A stretch of 63,601 bases of DNA, the filler included, from Octopus bimaculoides (lineage: Eukaryota), in NCBI RefSeq assembly GCF_001194135.2. It is 6 parts of 6 records of this genome, joined end to end, with 100 filler letters (N's around TTAATTAATTAA, not from the genome) between each part and the next. Parts side by side here need not be neighbours in the genome. Positions count along the whole stretch, not along the records: positions 1 to 21,968 come from NC_068990.1; positions 22,069 to 30,459 come from NC_069000.1; 4 more parts are not named here. One strand, 5' to 3'. Position numbers and translations under genes: made by a program. Positions 11,222-24,559 of the stretch are shown piece after piece; the first letter of the stretch is position 1, and the number at the start of each line of letters is the position of its first letter. Under the pieces are notes generated by a model. The model made no database searches. It was not told where the DNA came from and saw only the letters and a program-made list of their open reading frames with translations.

Positions 11222-14200
11222 GCTACTATGAGGACAGCCTACAAGTATCGATGGTCCATCCTATCGAAAGCTTTGGATTGATCAGAGCCCCACACATGCC
11301 AGGTTTCTTAACTACCCTGTCTATGACGTAGCGCATCAGATGGAGGTTGTCATGGATGTTCCGGCCCGTCACGGCGCACGTTTGTGCCTTGTCGACCAGT
11401 TTGTCGATGACAAGCGCCAACCTCTTGGCTAACACCTTAGCCAAAATTTTCAAGTCTGCATTGAGCAGAATGATGGGCCTAAAGTTACGTATATGCTCCC
11501 GTTTTGCTGCCAGTTGCAGTACACTGCTGCCAAGACGTCTCTAAACAAGTCTGGCACACAACTGTAAAGCTCGTAGGGTAGACCATCGAAACCCGGCGAT
11601 TTGTCCCTCGAGCATTCTGCCATCGCGTCCCGCACTTCCGCCGCCGTGATGGTATCTTCGCAGCACTCTGCCTCTCTTTTCGAGAGTCGTGGCAGGCTGT
11701 GCAGGTAGGCACTGAAGTCCACCCTGCGTTCTCGCTCGCCACTCGTCCCAAACAGTCAGGCAAAATGCTGTTGAAAGGCCTCACACATTTTACTTGGCTC
11801 GAGTAATTCGCGCTCCTGTTCATCTACCAGAGACTGAATGGTGGCTTTGTTGCCCTGTTGCGCCTCCGCCACTCGGGGCTCTCGCGCGGCTCCAACACTT
11901 TCGTTCCTTAGATCACGCATTCTAACCCTGACAACACACCCTTCGTGTTTTGGCGTTGAAGTGTTGATCGAGGGCCAGCCTCACCGCCAATATCTCGGTT
12001 GCGATGCCACTTCTAATCGCCTCTTCTAGTTTCTTAACTAGGTTACTCTCTACTCTGTTGTTACCTATCGCTAGTGCTTTGCTATACCTAATCGCTTCTG
12101 CTTTTATTACTCTCTTGAGGGCAAACCATCATTTGTTGTTGATGATGGCTCCCATCAAAGCCCGCTTTACTAGCGTGCTAATTCGGTCTCTGAAAACCTG
12201 TCTCGACGGGAAAGACGCGTTTAGTTTCCAGTTACCGGGACCCTGCCTATGTGTCTTATCTAAGTCTAGCGTACACGTCACAAGTTTGTGATCCGTGTAG
12301 CTGACTATGTGGAATTATGGACACCCTACACTATCTCTATCTACTGTCCCACACAGTATTCTATCTAGATACGATCTCGACGACCCGATGCGTTTGCTCC
12401 ATGTCTACGTTGGCGCATTTGGGTGGTTGAGTCGGTACCTGTCAGACAGTTGAAAGAGTCTGAGCAGGTCTCTGAGTTATTTGCATCCCCGTCTATTCCT
12501 ATCTCTGCCTACGTAGTCTAGATGCGTGTCTAAGGTAGCATTCCAATCACCCACTAAAAGTAAAGGACGAGACGTTCCTAGGAATACTTCTAGACGTCGA
12601 AAGAAATCCGGCCTACCTGTTAAAGGCGGTGCGTAGACTGATAGGAGTCGAAAAGCACACCCATTGCTACTGTCGACACCCAGGACAAGTCTACCCTCCG
12701 GGTCTACGAATATTGTCTTTACTTCGAGACCCAGACTCTTGCGAAAAAGTACCACCCTGCCACTACCGCCCAATCTCGGCAGACAGGGAGAAAAATAAAT
12801 GTTAAGCCGTCCGCCAAACATAGACTTTAGGGCCCGTGGATTATGTAGTCTGGTCTCACTTATGGTTATGATTTCTAATTCATGTGACTTTATGTCGTTT
12901 AAGAGGTACCCTTGTTTCCAAGGGAACCCTAAGCCACGCGCATTCACGCAACCAATCTTGATCATAATCCTAATGATGTGTGTTTAAATACGAACGATAG
13001 GATCAGAGAGTCACTTACCGTTCGTTCCCTCCAGGAGATCACTATAAAGTTTTTGGGAAGAGTACTTCTGGAATCTTACAACCGCATTGGGGTAAATGGA
13101 TTTTAGTGTCTGGTGCAGGGTTGGTGTGATGTGCAATATTTTAATGTGTTCTGGTGGCATTGTGTATGGGTTGTTGCTTGTTTTTATGTCTTCATGTGTT
13201 AAGTTTTTTTTTGTGTTAATGTATTCCATCAACTCTGTATTTTTCGTGCTGATGGCAGTGAGCATTGTGGGTGTGTTTGTTTTTGAGGTGTTGTTGTTGG
13301 TGCTGGTGTTGTGTATGCTAGTGTTTGGTGTGATGTGCAATATTTTAATGTGTTCTGGTGGCATTGTGTATGGGTTGTTGCTTGTTTTTATGTCTTCATG
13401 TGTTAAGTTTTTTTGTGTTAATGTATTCCATCAACTCTGTATTTTTCGTGCTGATGGCAGTGAGCATTGTGGGTGTGTTTGTTTTTGAGGTGTTGTTGTT
13501 AGAAAAGTTTTCGGGAGTTGTCTATCTCTCTGCTTTGTTTGCGTTTGGTTTGGTTCTTTTCTTGCTCCTCTTCCTCCTTCCTTTTCTGGCTATTTGCCAT
13601 TCCTCACTGCTTTTGTCTTCCGACGAAATTTCTGAGGAATCGCAAGTTGTAAGCTTCTATGTGTGTTTGTGTAAATGGTTGTGTTGTTTTTGTTGCTGTT
13701 GGTTGTTAATTGCTTGTTTGAGGTGTATGTGATATAGGGGAGGGGGAATCAATCTTTGTATTTTCTTTTGATTTTTCTGTTTCTTTAGTTCTTGCTGTTG
13801 TTGTAGTTGATGTTTTTCCGGCTGCTGTTGTATTCTCAGTTGATGATGTCGGTGGGTTTGTTTGATGTGTTTCTTGTGTCGTCTTCCGTGTGGATGGTGG
13901 TGTGGGTAGTAGTGCTTTCTTCCTGGATTTTTCTGGTTGTGGTGGTGGTTGTTGTTGTTGTTGTTTTCTTTTGTGGAAGTCGGACAATCGTTTTTCAAAT
14001 GAGGTTGTTGTAGCAGCAGAAGTTGTAGTAGTGGTGTTGGTATTGACGGCAGAGTTGATGTCTTTGGTGGCTGTGATGGTGGATTGCCTTGCTGCATTAG
14101 TTTTGTTGTTGTTGTTGTTGCTGTTATTGTTGTTGTTTTTGGTGGTGGTGGTGGTGGTGGTGGTGACAACGGCGTTCAAGCTGTCAGGTTCAGCAGCTAA

Positions 14201-14320
14201 TGGAAGAGGTAAACTAAGGAAGTTTTCTTTTGTTCTTTTCAGCGCCTCGCTAGCGTTCTGCATGACTTGCGCGCTGGACACGTGGTTTCCAGTCGCCATT
14301 TTCGAAATGAAAGATGGCTA
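11222..14320 (-). mobile_element. Tx1/L1-clade LINE: low-complexity ORF1, APE endonuclease and RT to motif A; 3'-truncated
   Basis: ORF 12477..12965 IGCVNARGL..ISETRL..VYAP..LVGDWNA (APE); KSPGFDGLPYELY; KILAKVLAKRL..AQTCAVTGRNIHDNLHLMR..SKAFDR (RT); ORF1 from MATGNH at 14299. Confidence 0.93.
13121..13500. repeat. Two-copy tandem duplication (about 204-bp period) in LINE ORF1
   Basis: ttggtgtgatgtgcaatatt starts at 13121 and 13325; copies differ in poly-T length (9 vs 7). Confidence 0.9.
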
Positions 14321-14513
14321 AAATGAATCCACGAAAGCCTTCAAAATTTTGAAAATTTCGCCCACACAAGGGCAAAATCCTATGTAAATATTAATCAAGT
14401 TTTGAAGTGATTGTTGTTGGACAACTTTTAAGCACAAAATATTTGACAATAAAAACTTTTAAACATGCAAAAATAGCCAACTTACGTGGAGCCCAATTGA
14501 CTAGCGTCCGTCC

Positions 14514-14570
<57 letters not shown>

Positions 14571-14710
14571 TGTTTCTTTATTAACCACACAGGGCTGAAC
14601 ACAAAGAGAACAAAATACAAAGTAGAGCTTTTCTTTTTGGGAAGAGAAGAAAAACAAAGGGGGTAAAATTTCGATCAAAAGGGATCGTCGAAAGAAAGGA
14701 AAAAAGGAGA
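14571..14710 (-). mobile_element. Short 5'-truncated LINE 3' end inserted in a (GATA)n array
   Basis: Minus strand ends ..ccctgtgtggttaataaagaaaca then (TATC)n; GATA repeats on both sides (14515-14570, 14713-14726); resembles the 3' end at 30090-30156. Confidence 0.55.
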
Positions 14711-14820
14711 TTGATAGATAGATAGATTCTCATGTATACACACATGCACCACCCACACACATATATATGCATACTCATGTATACATATATTTATATGTGT
14801 ATATATATGTATATATGCAC

Positions 14821-14851
<31 letters not shown>

Positions 14852-15478
14852 TGCATGTAGGCAGGTAGGTAGGTAGGTAGGTAGGTAGGTAGGTAGGTAG
14901 GTAGGTAGATAGGTAGGTAGGTAGGTTGGTAGGTAGGTAGGTTGGTAGGTAGGTAGGTTGGTAGGTAGGTTGTAATCAAGATTTGAGGAGAATCAAATTT
15001 CACATATCAAGCAACAAAATGAACAGACGTTGCATATGTCGACATAAAACAAACTGACTTGATGTTATCCGTGATCACTCAAAGTTCTCAAGAAAACCTA
15101 GCACGAATTAGAAGCTGTCAGTTTTTGGACATTGCATGTTTATCGACCAAATTGATAACAAAGAACAGAAATAGATTACCACTAGCCAAATTCATATCAA
15201 TAGATTAGGGGAAAATATTGGACAAAAAGTACATAACTTGAGATACTATAAAGGTGTAATAGAAATATACACACATAACTACATTGAATACATACATGCA
15301 TATATACATATGAATGATATATATGTATGTATGTATATATATATATATTTTCTATATATATATGTATATATACATGTATACATACATATATATATACGTA
15401 TATATTTGTATATATAAACATATATATATATATATATATATGTACATATAGACATATATATACATATATATTTGTATG

Positions 15479-15537
<59 letters not shown>

Positions 15538-16469
15538 NNNNNNNNNNNNNNNNNNNNNNNNNNNNNNNNNNNNNNNNNNNNNNNNNNNNNNNNNNNNNNN
15601 NNNNNNNNNNNNNNNNNNNNNNNNNNNNNNNNNNNNNNNNNNNNNNNNNNNNNNNNNNNNNNNNNNNNNNNNNNNNNNNNNNNNNNNNNNNNNNNNNNNN
15701 NNNNNNNNNNNNNNNNNNNNNNNNNNNNNNNNNNNNNNNNNNNNNNNNNNNNNNNNNNNNNNNNNNNNNNNNNNNNNNNNNNNNNNNNNNNNNNNNNNNN
15801 NNNNNNNNNNNNNNNNNNNNNNNNNNNNNNNNNNNNNNNNNNNNNNNNNNNNNNNNNNNNNNNNNNNNNNNNNNNNNNNNNNNNNNNNNNNNNNNNNNNN
15901 NNNNNNNNNNNNNNNNNNNNNNNNNNNNNNNNNNNNNNNNNNNNNNNNNNNNNNNNNNNNNNNNNNNNNNNNNNNNNNNNNNNNNNNNNNNNNNNNNNNN
16001 NNNNNNNNNNNNNNNNNNNNNNNNNNNNNNNNNNNNNNNNNNNNNNNNNNNNNNNNNNNNNNNNNNNNNNNNNNNNNNNNNNNNNNNNNNNNNNNNNNNN
16101 NNNNNNNNNNNNNNNNNNNNNNNNNNNNNNNNNNNNNNNNNNNNNNNNNNNNNNNNNNNNNNNNNNNNNNNNNNNNNNNNNNNNNNNNNNNNNNNNNNNN
16201 NNNNNNNNNNNNNNNNNNNNNNNNNNNNNNNNNNNNNNNNNNNNNNNNNNNNNNNNNNNNNNNNNNNNNNNNNNNNNNNNNNNNNNNNNNNNNNNNNNNN
16301 NNNNNNNNNNNNNNNNNNNNNNNNNNNNNNNNNNNNNNNNNNNNNNNNNNNNNNNNNNNCCCCACCCCCTCCACAAACACATTTTGTCGGTTCACTAGTC
16401 GGTTTTCTCGTGTTTCATCTCAATTTCTCTTTGTTCCTTTTCGTCGTCTTGCTTCTATTCGTTTTCCTT

Positions 16470-18230
16470 TCCTTGTGACAGGCGTCTTGAACATCATGTC
16501 TCTCACATCGTTACCTGTATTTACGGGAGATGTGACTCTGTGATTTGCTCAGTTGGAAGCACATTTTTCGGCTCACGGCATTTTTCCCACACAGCAATTG
16601 CAACTTTTGTATTGCAGCATGCCTCCTCAACTCGCCACTTCAGCTAAAGATCTCGTTACGAATCCTAGCCCAGACGAATCCTAGCCAAAGCGGAGATTCT
16701 GCGCTGCAACACCAGGTCTGAAGAAAGTAAATTTAATGAGTTAATGGCAGTCGAGCAGTTAGGAGATAGAACTCCGTCACAGTTTTTGCGCCGTTTGCGA
16801 GAGTTAAGCGGTAAATCCGCTGACGCGCCTTTTCTTCGGAAGATATTTTTCTCAAGGTTGCCTTCCAACCTGCAAACCATTCTGGCCACAGCTCTTGAGT
16901 TCAACACTGTGAATCACATCGCCACAATGGCGGATAAAATTATTGAATTCTCTGTGCAGCCATCGTCACGTGGTGCTTACGCCTGCTCCGAGGCATCCTC
17001 TGCAGCCTCAGTTAAATCTTCTTTTTCGGTATTTGATGACCTTTCTAAATCATTTTGATTTATTGGTAGATGTCAGGCGTCGGTGGTTCGTCGACAGTTC
17101 AACTTCGCTCTCTACGCCGACTAGAGGATCTACCAATGCAGCTCTTAACCCGACATTTTTTGTTGCCACCTCTGGAGATGCTTTTCATTCTCTTTTGGCT
17201 TCTTTTCCGAAGCTAGTTGACATCACTTTTCAGCCGGCAAAACCTGCACACTCGACCCTCCATTTTTTACCACTACTGGGCCGCCTGTTTTTTCGCGCCC
17301 ACGGCGTCTTGAACCTGACTGTCTCAAAACGGCTAGGGCCGAGTTTGAGCACATGCTCCAGCTTGGCCTGATACGCCCCTCCACCAGCCCATGGGCATCT
17401 CCCTTCAATTAGTGCGGAAAGGGGATACTGATTTTCGCCCGGTGGGGGATTATAGGCGTCTCAATTCAGTAACTACCTGACCGATATCCTATAAAGAACC
17501 TCCAGGATTTTTCGACGCATCTTCATAGCTGTACAATTTTTTCAAAAGTTGACCTTATACATACTTATCACCAAATATCGGTCAACCCAGCCGATGTTCC
17601 GAAAACTGCCATTACTACTCCATTTGGTTGTTTTGAGTTTTTGTACATGAGTTTCGGTTTGCGGAACGCTACCAGCACGTTCCAGCGTTTTATAGGCGAA
17701 GTTGTCCGCGGACTTGATTTTGTGTTCGCTTATGTCGATGATATCCTCATCGCAAGCGACACACAGGAGAATCATCTCCGGCACTTGTCTCAGCTTTTTC
17801 AGCGTCTTCACGACAATGGTGTGCGCATTAATCCAGGCAAGTGTGTTCGGGCAATCTTCTCTTGACTTTCTCGGCCATCATATTGACTCAAGTGGTATCA
17901 GACCTCTCTCGTCTAAAGTCGATGCAATTCAGCGCATCGCACCTCCTACTTCTTTACGCCAGCTGAGGCATTATCTCAGCATGGTAAATTTCTATCGACG
18001 CTTCATACCCGGTTGTGCGGATACTTCCTCTTACCCAGCTATTAAAGAAGACCTCTAAAAAGGACGGTCAAATCACCCTTTCAACTGAAGCATTACTTGC
18101 TTTCGAGTCCATCAAGGAGTTTCCTTCTGTTCCTTTACTTGCACATCCGGTTCCTGGTGCTTCTCTCTCTCTCTCTCTCTTTAACTGTGGATGCATCGGA
18201 CATTGCGATTTGCGCTGTACTGCAACACAC
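16470..18230 (+). mobile_element. Ty3/gypsy LTR retrotransposon internal region (gag, protease remnant, RT, start of RNase H), decayed
   Basis: gag EQLGDRTPSQFLRRLREL..FFSRLP; [73 protein letters not shown]; RNase H LTVDASDIAICAVLQ. Confidence 0.94.
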
Positions 18231-18231
18231 A

Positions 18232-19330
18232 GTATCACACATTCGAATATCTTTGTTGACAAGAAGATATTCCAGGAGTTGTACAGACGTGTAAAATCTG
18301 TCAGTGTAGAGTGCATAGTTTTGTCCGGCATATTTATTTGTCATCCTCACAACTAAGTTTCCTGTGACACCGAAGTTGTCAATTTCATTTGCATCATATC
18401 TCCTTCAGGTATACATTTCTGTATTGCAGATGTATCCGTTTTCAGAATCACATAATAAAGATTTGATCCCCCAACATATTGGCTTATCTTTTATATACTG
18501 CTTGAATGAAAACTTGTTCTACGTGGGGATCATCCCCTCATCTAGCGATAAATCACAGCCAGGCACATAGTTGTTGTTTGAATTTATCAAGCAAGTGATT
18601 GAATATAGGACGAGTCTTGTACATTTTATCGTTATCTTTCCTATCAATGTTCTGATTGTACTCGTTCACATAGTGCAATAAAGACCAAATAGCACGAAAT
18701 CTATTGAAGCTCATGATCTCTGGAAAACCTGGGGTCAGTGTTAGTAAGGCATTCTTTGACCGCCAGCACTATTCATAGCGATCCTTGCGTACCAACATTT
18801 CAATGGTCACCCGGGGACCGAAAAAAAAAAGCTTTCAGTTCTCCTAATGTAAGTTTTTTCTCATGCAAAATTCTTGTTGAGAAATTATCCGGTTTCGCCT
18901 GAAACACATTCAGCTTGATTCTTAGTTTCCTCAAGTAAAATGCCCCATAATCCGTCATTCCAGAATAAACTAAAAGAACCAATTGGAGTGATGTCTACAT
19001 TTATAGAGTCAGGCATGTTCCTGGGCCCTGGTGGATTATTTAGCGTAAATTGGCGCTCTGCAAAGCATATAGTGTATCACCGCCATCCTTGAGGAGTATT
19101 GACTCTTACACTGGGCGGAACATTGGGCATACCACCTCTCCGGTAGCCACATGGAGTGCGCCCGCCGTTCCCGCCACGAACACAAATACGACCCCTATTC
19201 TGACGACTGACAGGTACTGCACATACCTGTCACTGTATATTTTATACAGCAGCATAATCATCAAAATCATCGCTATCACTTTCCGGATCTAAATCGTCAG
19301 ATTCACTCTCATGCATAGTGTATAGTGTAT
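18232..19330 (-). mobile_element. piggyBac (PGBD4-like) transposase fragment, N-terminus to second catalytic Asp
   Basis: Minus strand: acidic ESDDLDPESDSDDFDD; YVPGCDLSLDEGMIPT*NKFSFKQYIKDKPICWGIK; YALYTDRFYTSVQLLEYL. Confidence 0.88.
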
Positions 19331-19434
19331 GTATTTTGTTTACATGCACATTTGCAACTGATGTAATCGACTTACCCGCTCCCTCGAAATTGCTGGTCTT
19401 GTGCCAAAATTTGAAACTAATATTACCGATCTTC

Positions 19435-19650
19435 TTAAGACGGCGAACTGGCAGAATCGTTACCGCGCTGGGAAAAATGTTTAGTGGCATTTCTTCTGAT
19501 TTCACGCCCTGAGTGCAAATGCTGCCGAGATTGACTTTGACTTTTATCTATTCAGATTTGATAAAATAAGTTTCAGTTAAATACCGGAGTCGACGAAATA
19601 GACTTACTCGCTCCCTCGAAATTGCTGGCCTTGTGCCAAAATTTGAAACA
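19435..19650 (+). mobile_element. SINE family A copy (Nin/Deu-domain-like)
   Basis: Diverged homolog of 20377-20609. Confidence 0.7.
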
Positions 19651-19966
19651 ATATTTCTGACTTTCTTCACTTTAGTATATTTGGGTGGAACTAATTGAAT
19701 AATATGTTCCTTCTGTGTCACTCCATATCCTGTCGTTTCTTTGCCTGTGGTATGTTTAAAATTGCATTCGTTGTGTGTCAATGCTGCAATTTTGTCGAGT
19801 TTATCATAAATATTACGTCACATTACTGCAGTCTATTCAAAGATCACAATGATCTCTCATACTACAACCGATTTTCTCTTTTTTGCTGTGTTTGTCATGT
19901 TATCAAACGCCGGCCAGATGTCGGTGAACTTCCGCATGATATCGTACCACTTGTAGTGTTTTCATT

Positions 19967-19967
19967 G

Positions 19968-20015
<48 letters not shown>

Positions 20016-20075
20016 GGATGATGATGATGATGATGATGAAGATGAGGATGATGATGATGATGATTATTATGATGG

Positions 20076-20106
<31 letters not shown>

Positions 20107-20110
20107 AACT
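19967..20110. repeat. (GAT)n microsatellite
   Basis: Direct sequence; source of poly-M/poly-H pseudo-ORFs. Confidence 0.97.
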
Positions 20111-20376
20111 ATATGCTACACACACTATCTTACAAATCCACAAGCCAGTGAAATGCTTTGACCCAAACAAAAACGCCTTGTCACATCGTTAGTGATTGAC
20201 TTCAATTGTACGAAGCAGAACATGAATAAAACTTAAAGAAGATACACATACGCGAATGCACATATGCACACCCAATACCCATAATCCATCTGCTTTACAG
20301 TGGGTAAGACAACATTGCTTCCTACATCGTTTAGAGTTCACAGGATTGTGTTATCTTTACAATAAGAACTTCCTGA

Positions 20377-20665
20377 AGGCGGTGAGCTAGCAGAAACGTT
20401 AGCACGCCGGGCGAAATGCTTAGCGGTATTTCGTCTGCCGCTACGTTCTGAGTTCAAATTCCACCGAGGTCGACTTTGCCTTTCATCCTTTCGGGGTCGA
20501 TTAAATAAGTACCAGTTACGCACTGGGGTCGATATAATCGACTTAATCTGTTTGTCTGTCCTTGTTTGTCCCCTCTGTGTATAACCCCTTGTGGGCAGTA
20601 AAAAAATAGGTATTTCGTCTGCCGTTACGTTCTGAATTCAAATTCCGCCTTTCATCCTTTCGGAG
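20377..20665 (+). mobile_element. SINE family A, near-complete copy plus partial tandem copy
   Basis: aggcggtgagctagcagaa..gttctgagttcaaattcc (B-box-like)..gaggtcgactttgcctttcatcctttcggggtcgat..aagtaccag (Nin/Deu-like core); further copies at about 8.9, 21.4, 28.2, 39.7, 53.0, 54.0, 55.7-57.0, 58.5, 59.6 and 62.8 kb. Confidence 0.85.
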
Positions 20666-21129
20666 TGCAGCTTTTAAGCTAGTTTCAAATAAAACTTGAA
20701 AAAATAGACGTGGGTTTGGCCAAAGAAGAAGGCGCCTGTCTGCTGTTCAGTTTCCCACTACTTCTTTTAATGGTGAGTAAGCCTATATATATGTGTTTGA
20801 AGTCGATTAATTTAACTTGCTTCATAGTTACATAGCACTAGCTCTTAAACTTGTTTTTTTACATTTATTTGCATAATAAGATCACACTGCGTAAAAGTAT
20901 ATTGTGTAAGGTTAACGATAAGTCTAAATTTGGTGACGTTTATCATATTCATTTGTGTTTGTATCACAGTTGAAATAGCTTTTATGTCAATTTATGCTAC
21001 GTTATAACACTCCCATTATAGCACTGTTTTGTTTAGCGCTGCAATTTTTGACATATTTAGAGCTCTAGCCAGCGTGTTGCATATTGTACTCCCTGACTTA
21101 CCACCAGTCGCCGTCCCAACCAACCGCTC

Positions 21130-21420
21130 GAAAGTCAATGTGAGTGTAACTCAGATACCTGTACCTGTTTCCCAGTTATAATGGGGAATACATCTTCTAA
21201 TCCCATCACAACTTCTTCGGCTTGTCTTCTTTCTTTTTCTTTCTTCTTCCTCTACACTTCTCTTTACTTTTTATTCAATGAGGTTCTCTGGATATTTTCT
21301 TTTGATTCACAGTCCAATAACTGTTCTGTCATCTTGTTCTACTTTTAACTGAAGAGTTTTGGTTAATTCCATAATATTTTCTTTAATTCCATACAATCCT
21401 TCCTTGTTAAAGCTTGCTGA
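21130..21420 (-). mobile_element. Possible Tigger-like transposase C-terminal remnant
   Basis: Minus strand IKENIMELTKTLQLKVEQDD.. followed by an acidic/basic tail, resembling the TIGD1 C-terminus; heavily decayed. Confidence 0.35.
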
Positions 21421-21522
21421 TATATTGATTTCAAATTTCGGCACAAGGCCAGCAATTTCGAGAGAATAAATAAATCGATTACATCGACCCCGGTGCTTCG
21501 CTGGTACTTATTTTATCGTGCT

Positions 21523-21968
21523 TGTTGTATTCCTCTCGGGAGACTCGCAGAGAAAAGTCAACGAGTTGTACAATTTAATTATTACATTTATTATTCAATT
21601 ACATACAAAGAACGCATTCACCGAAAGTTCGATGCTAATAAACAAAAGTCATGTCCGCCATATATATCAATGACATTTTACTACCCCAGTCATTCAGAAC
21701 AACAACAATGAAACAATGAACTCAGACGAACCACAGTGACACACGAGACGTCAGACGAACAACACTTTCAACAGTCCATATAACACCTCCCCACTGAAAT
21801 TGATGCTACACAAGAAGTATCAACAGCAAAGTCTCTCTTGGGTTTTACGGGTTCTCTTGGACCGTCTTGGGTTGTCTGGTCCATACTCTGGAACGGGTAA
21901 CATGGTCTTGGGTCTGGTTTGTCTTTGAGCTAGTGGCACAGTTTCCGAGATCTCCATCGGGTGATCTG
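21523..21968 (-). mobile_element. 3' LTR (21523-21785, 263 bp), PPT and end of pol of a gypsy-like element
   Basis: Minus strand PDNPRRSKRTRKTQERL, polypurine tract cagtggggagg (21786-21796), LTR TGTTAT...TACAACA; homologous to 30171-30433. Confidence 0.88.
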
Positions 21969-22012
21969 NNNNNNNNNNNNNNNNNNNNNNNNNNNNNNNN
22001 NNNNNNNNNNNN

Positions 22013-22024
22013 TTAATTAATTAA
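22013..22024. other. Artificial six-frame-stop gap linker TTAATTAATTAA in N44/N44 (also 30504, 35781, 44036, 59972)
   Basis: Identical 12-mer flanked by N runs at five sites. Confidence 0.95.
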
Positions 22025-22068
22025 NNNNNNNNNNNNNNNNNNNNNNNNNNNNNNNNNNNNNNNNNNNN

Positions 22069-22332
22069 GAGATCGTTGCCAGTGCCCCTGGACTGGCTTG
22101 TGCGGGTGGCACATAAAAGACACCATTTCGAGCGTGGCCGTTTTCGTGCGGGTGACACGTAAAAGCACCCACTACACTCTCTGAGTGGTTGGCGTTAGGA
22201 AGGGCATCCAGCTGTAGAAACTCTGCCAAATTAGACTGGAGCCTGGTGTTGCCATCCGGTTTCACCAGTCCTCAGTCAAATCGTCCAACCCATGCTAGCA
22301 TGGAAAGCGGACGTTAAACGATGATGATGATA
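22069..22332 (+). mobile_element. SINE family D 3' part (V-domain-like core, (GAT)n tail)
   Basis: gagtggttggcgttaggaagggcatccagctgtagaaa ... ggacgttaaacgatgatgatga. Confidence 0.7.
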
Positions 22333-22948
22333 AGCTGGAAATTGAGATAGAAAAACAGCAGCAACAAACCACTGATGGGTTGCAAACCATATATTTTTCC
22401 TAATTCAAATTGGCACTTATAATGTTTTATATAAAATCTTAGCAGTTTCTTCATAATTTCTTCATACTTATGGAATTATTTCTAATGGAAAATATCAAAC
22501 TGAGGTAGGACATCTCATGCTATTGGACATTAATAAACTGATCTACCCTGCTAGGACTAAGTGACTGACAAAATTATTCTGTAGAGATACAATAGGAAAA
22601 AAATAATGTACAGTATCTACTGGAGGTGCTGTGTTATGTAATCAATGATATAATCATCCAGCAAGCAATGGATATGAATTTTTAGTCGTGTCAGTGGACC
22701 TATTGCACTTTTCTAACTCCATGTCTAATATCAGAGATAGGCTTACATAACAGTAACAATATACTGTGAGTACTCCACTGTTATAGGGAGGCGACTCGCC
22801 ATGACCCGTTGGGTCACCTGGAAAGTCTGAGTTTCCCAGCAACGGAATTTTGTTTTGTGGGTTTTTTATCTTTTTCAGGTTATTTTGCATGCTTTCAATG
22901 AATGTGACATTGAAATCACACGTAAATGGCTCCTTTTCCCAGAAAAGG

Positions 22949-23059
22949 AAAGATTTGGCTGTTATTTCTTGCATGCCCTGTAACAGGTATTCTGGGTCCT
23001 TTATTACAAATAGCTGTTACGTGGTAGCAGGGTGTGCTAGAAATAGCAGCCAAATCTTT
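22949..23059. repeat. Small palindromic MITE-like element
   Basis: 22949-22980 vs reverse complement of 23028-23059, 28/32 identical. Confidence 0.75.
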
Positions 23060-23172
23060 GGAGCTGAAATACATTGAATGCACTTGAAAAATTTTTTGTA
23101 ATGGTATTCCCTTGGGGTGATCTTTTGCTTTGACTCTCAGAACTGTCATCCAGATCAGCTGGTTTTGTTTGT

Positions 23173-23548
23173 TAATTTCTGTAAAAAAATTTTATTTATT
23201 TACTTTTGTTTTAAAGTGAAAGAGAGGAGAAAGTGAAACATGTATGAACGTTTATATGAAATGGATGTGTCTGTGTGTGTGTGTGTGAGAGAGAGAGTTC
23301 ACTTACACATACATGAGAACACACATGTTCACTCACTCTCTTTCACACGCACATGCACGTACATACCAAAAAGATGTATGCATATGTATTGATGTATGTA
23401 TACATGACAACACACCCCTTCACCCTCTCTCTCTCATTCTCTTTCACACTCATGTCCATTTCATATATACATAAATACATCTTTCACTTTCTTCTCTCTT
23501 TCACTTTAAAACAAAAGTAAATGAATAAAAAATTTTACAGAAATTGAC
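23173..23548. repeat. Foldback element with about 110-bp imperfect inverted arms around GT/CA/GA microsatellites
   Basis: aatttctgtaaaa..tacttttgttttaaagtgaaagagag (23174-) is the reverse complement of ctctctttcactttaaaacaaaagtaaat..ttttacagaaatt (-23545). Confidence 0.8.
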
Positions 23549-24559
23549 GAACTCTGGATGATAAGCAAATGATCTCCATTCACTTGAAAATAATTAAAAA
23601 AAGAACATTAAAATATTGTCTGTTTAAAGAAAGCTAAAATATAAATACTTACTGCACAAACAACTTACATTTTTGAAATCACATTCTGTTAAAAATATTT
23701 CTAAATGATTAAAATATTGTGTACGTCAAAAAGTGGGTTTTTTTTGGGGGGGGATGTGCTAGTCCCACTGCGTGGAACCTTGGGCATGTGTCTTCTACTA
23801 TAGCCTCTGGCCAACCAAAGCCTTGTGAGGGGATTTGGTAGACGGAATCTGAAAGAAGCTTGTCGTACTGCTTTCTTCCTCCATCCTTCTCTAATTCCCT
23901 TTTTCTCTCACTCCCTCCTTTACTGTATTCTATCAGCCTCTCTCTCACTCCCCCTCTTTCTCTTTTTCTCTCTCTCATTCTCTCGTTGCTCACACGTGAC
24001 CATCGTCCATCTTTCTTTTCTTCACATGACCATGTTTCTTTTCCTGCACGGACATTCAAAAGAGCAGATGTGTTTTTTTCTCTCTCGCTCTTCCGTCTTT
24101 TTCTCTTTCCAAAAAAATGTTTCTCCCAGCATTCACTATTTTCCTCTCATTCTGGTCTAACGACCCTCCATGTTTGTCTTCATTCAGTTTTCTTGTATGC
24201 TTCACTGTCATGTTTTTGTTCCCAACTTTGACCCTCCATAAATCCTAAATTTTATTTTAGAATTTATGGGAGCAACTGTCTTTGAAGACTCATAATGTTC
24301 AATGCTTGAAATGAAGAGTAGATAGACAGCCGACGACTGATGAAGGGTCCTTTCTCTGTGTTTACGTATCCCATTTTCTATTTTTCTCTCGTTGTTTACG
24401 TATTTAACTCATTTGTTTATGTATTTCATGTTATTTGCACCGTCGGTGACGTCCTGTACCCATATGTATGTATATATATGGATTTCGTAAACGTATATAT
24501 TATAATGGAATAATTACTAGGAAGCATTTGTGCAGAATATATTGTATAAAAGGATTGTG

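Noticed and set aside
24338-24400. CTGATGA as an intact hammerhead core
   Set aside because: No GAAA or stem III partner found downstream.
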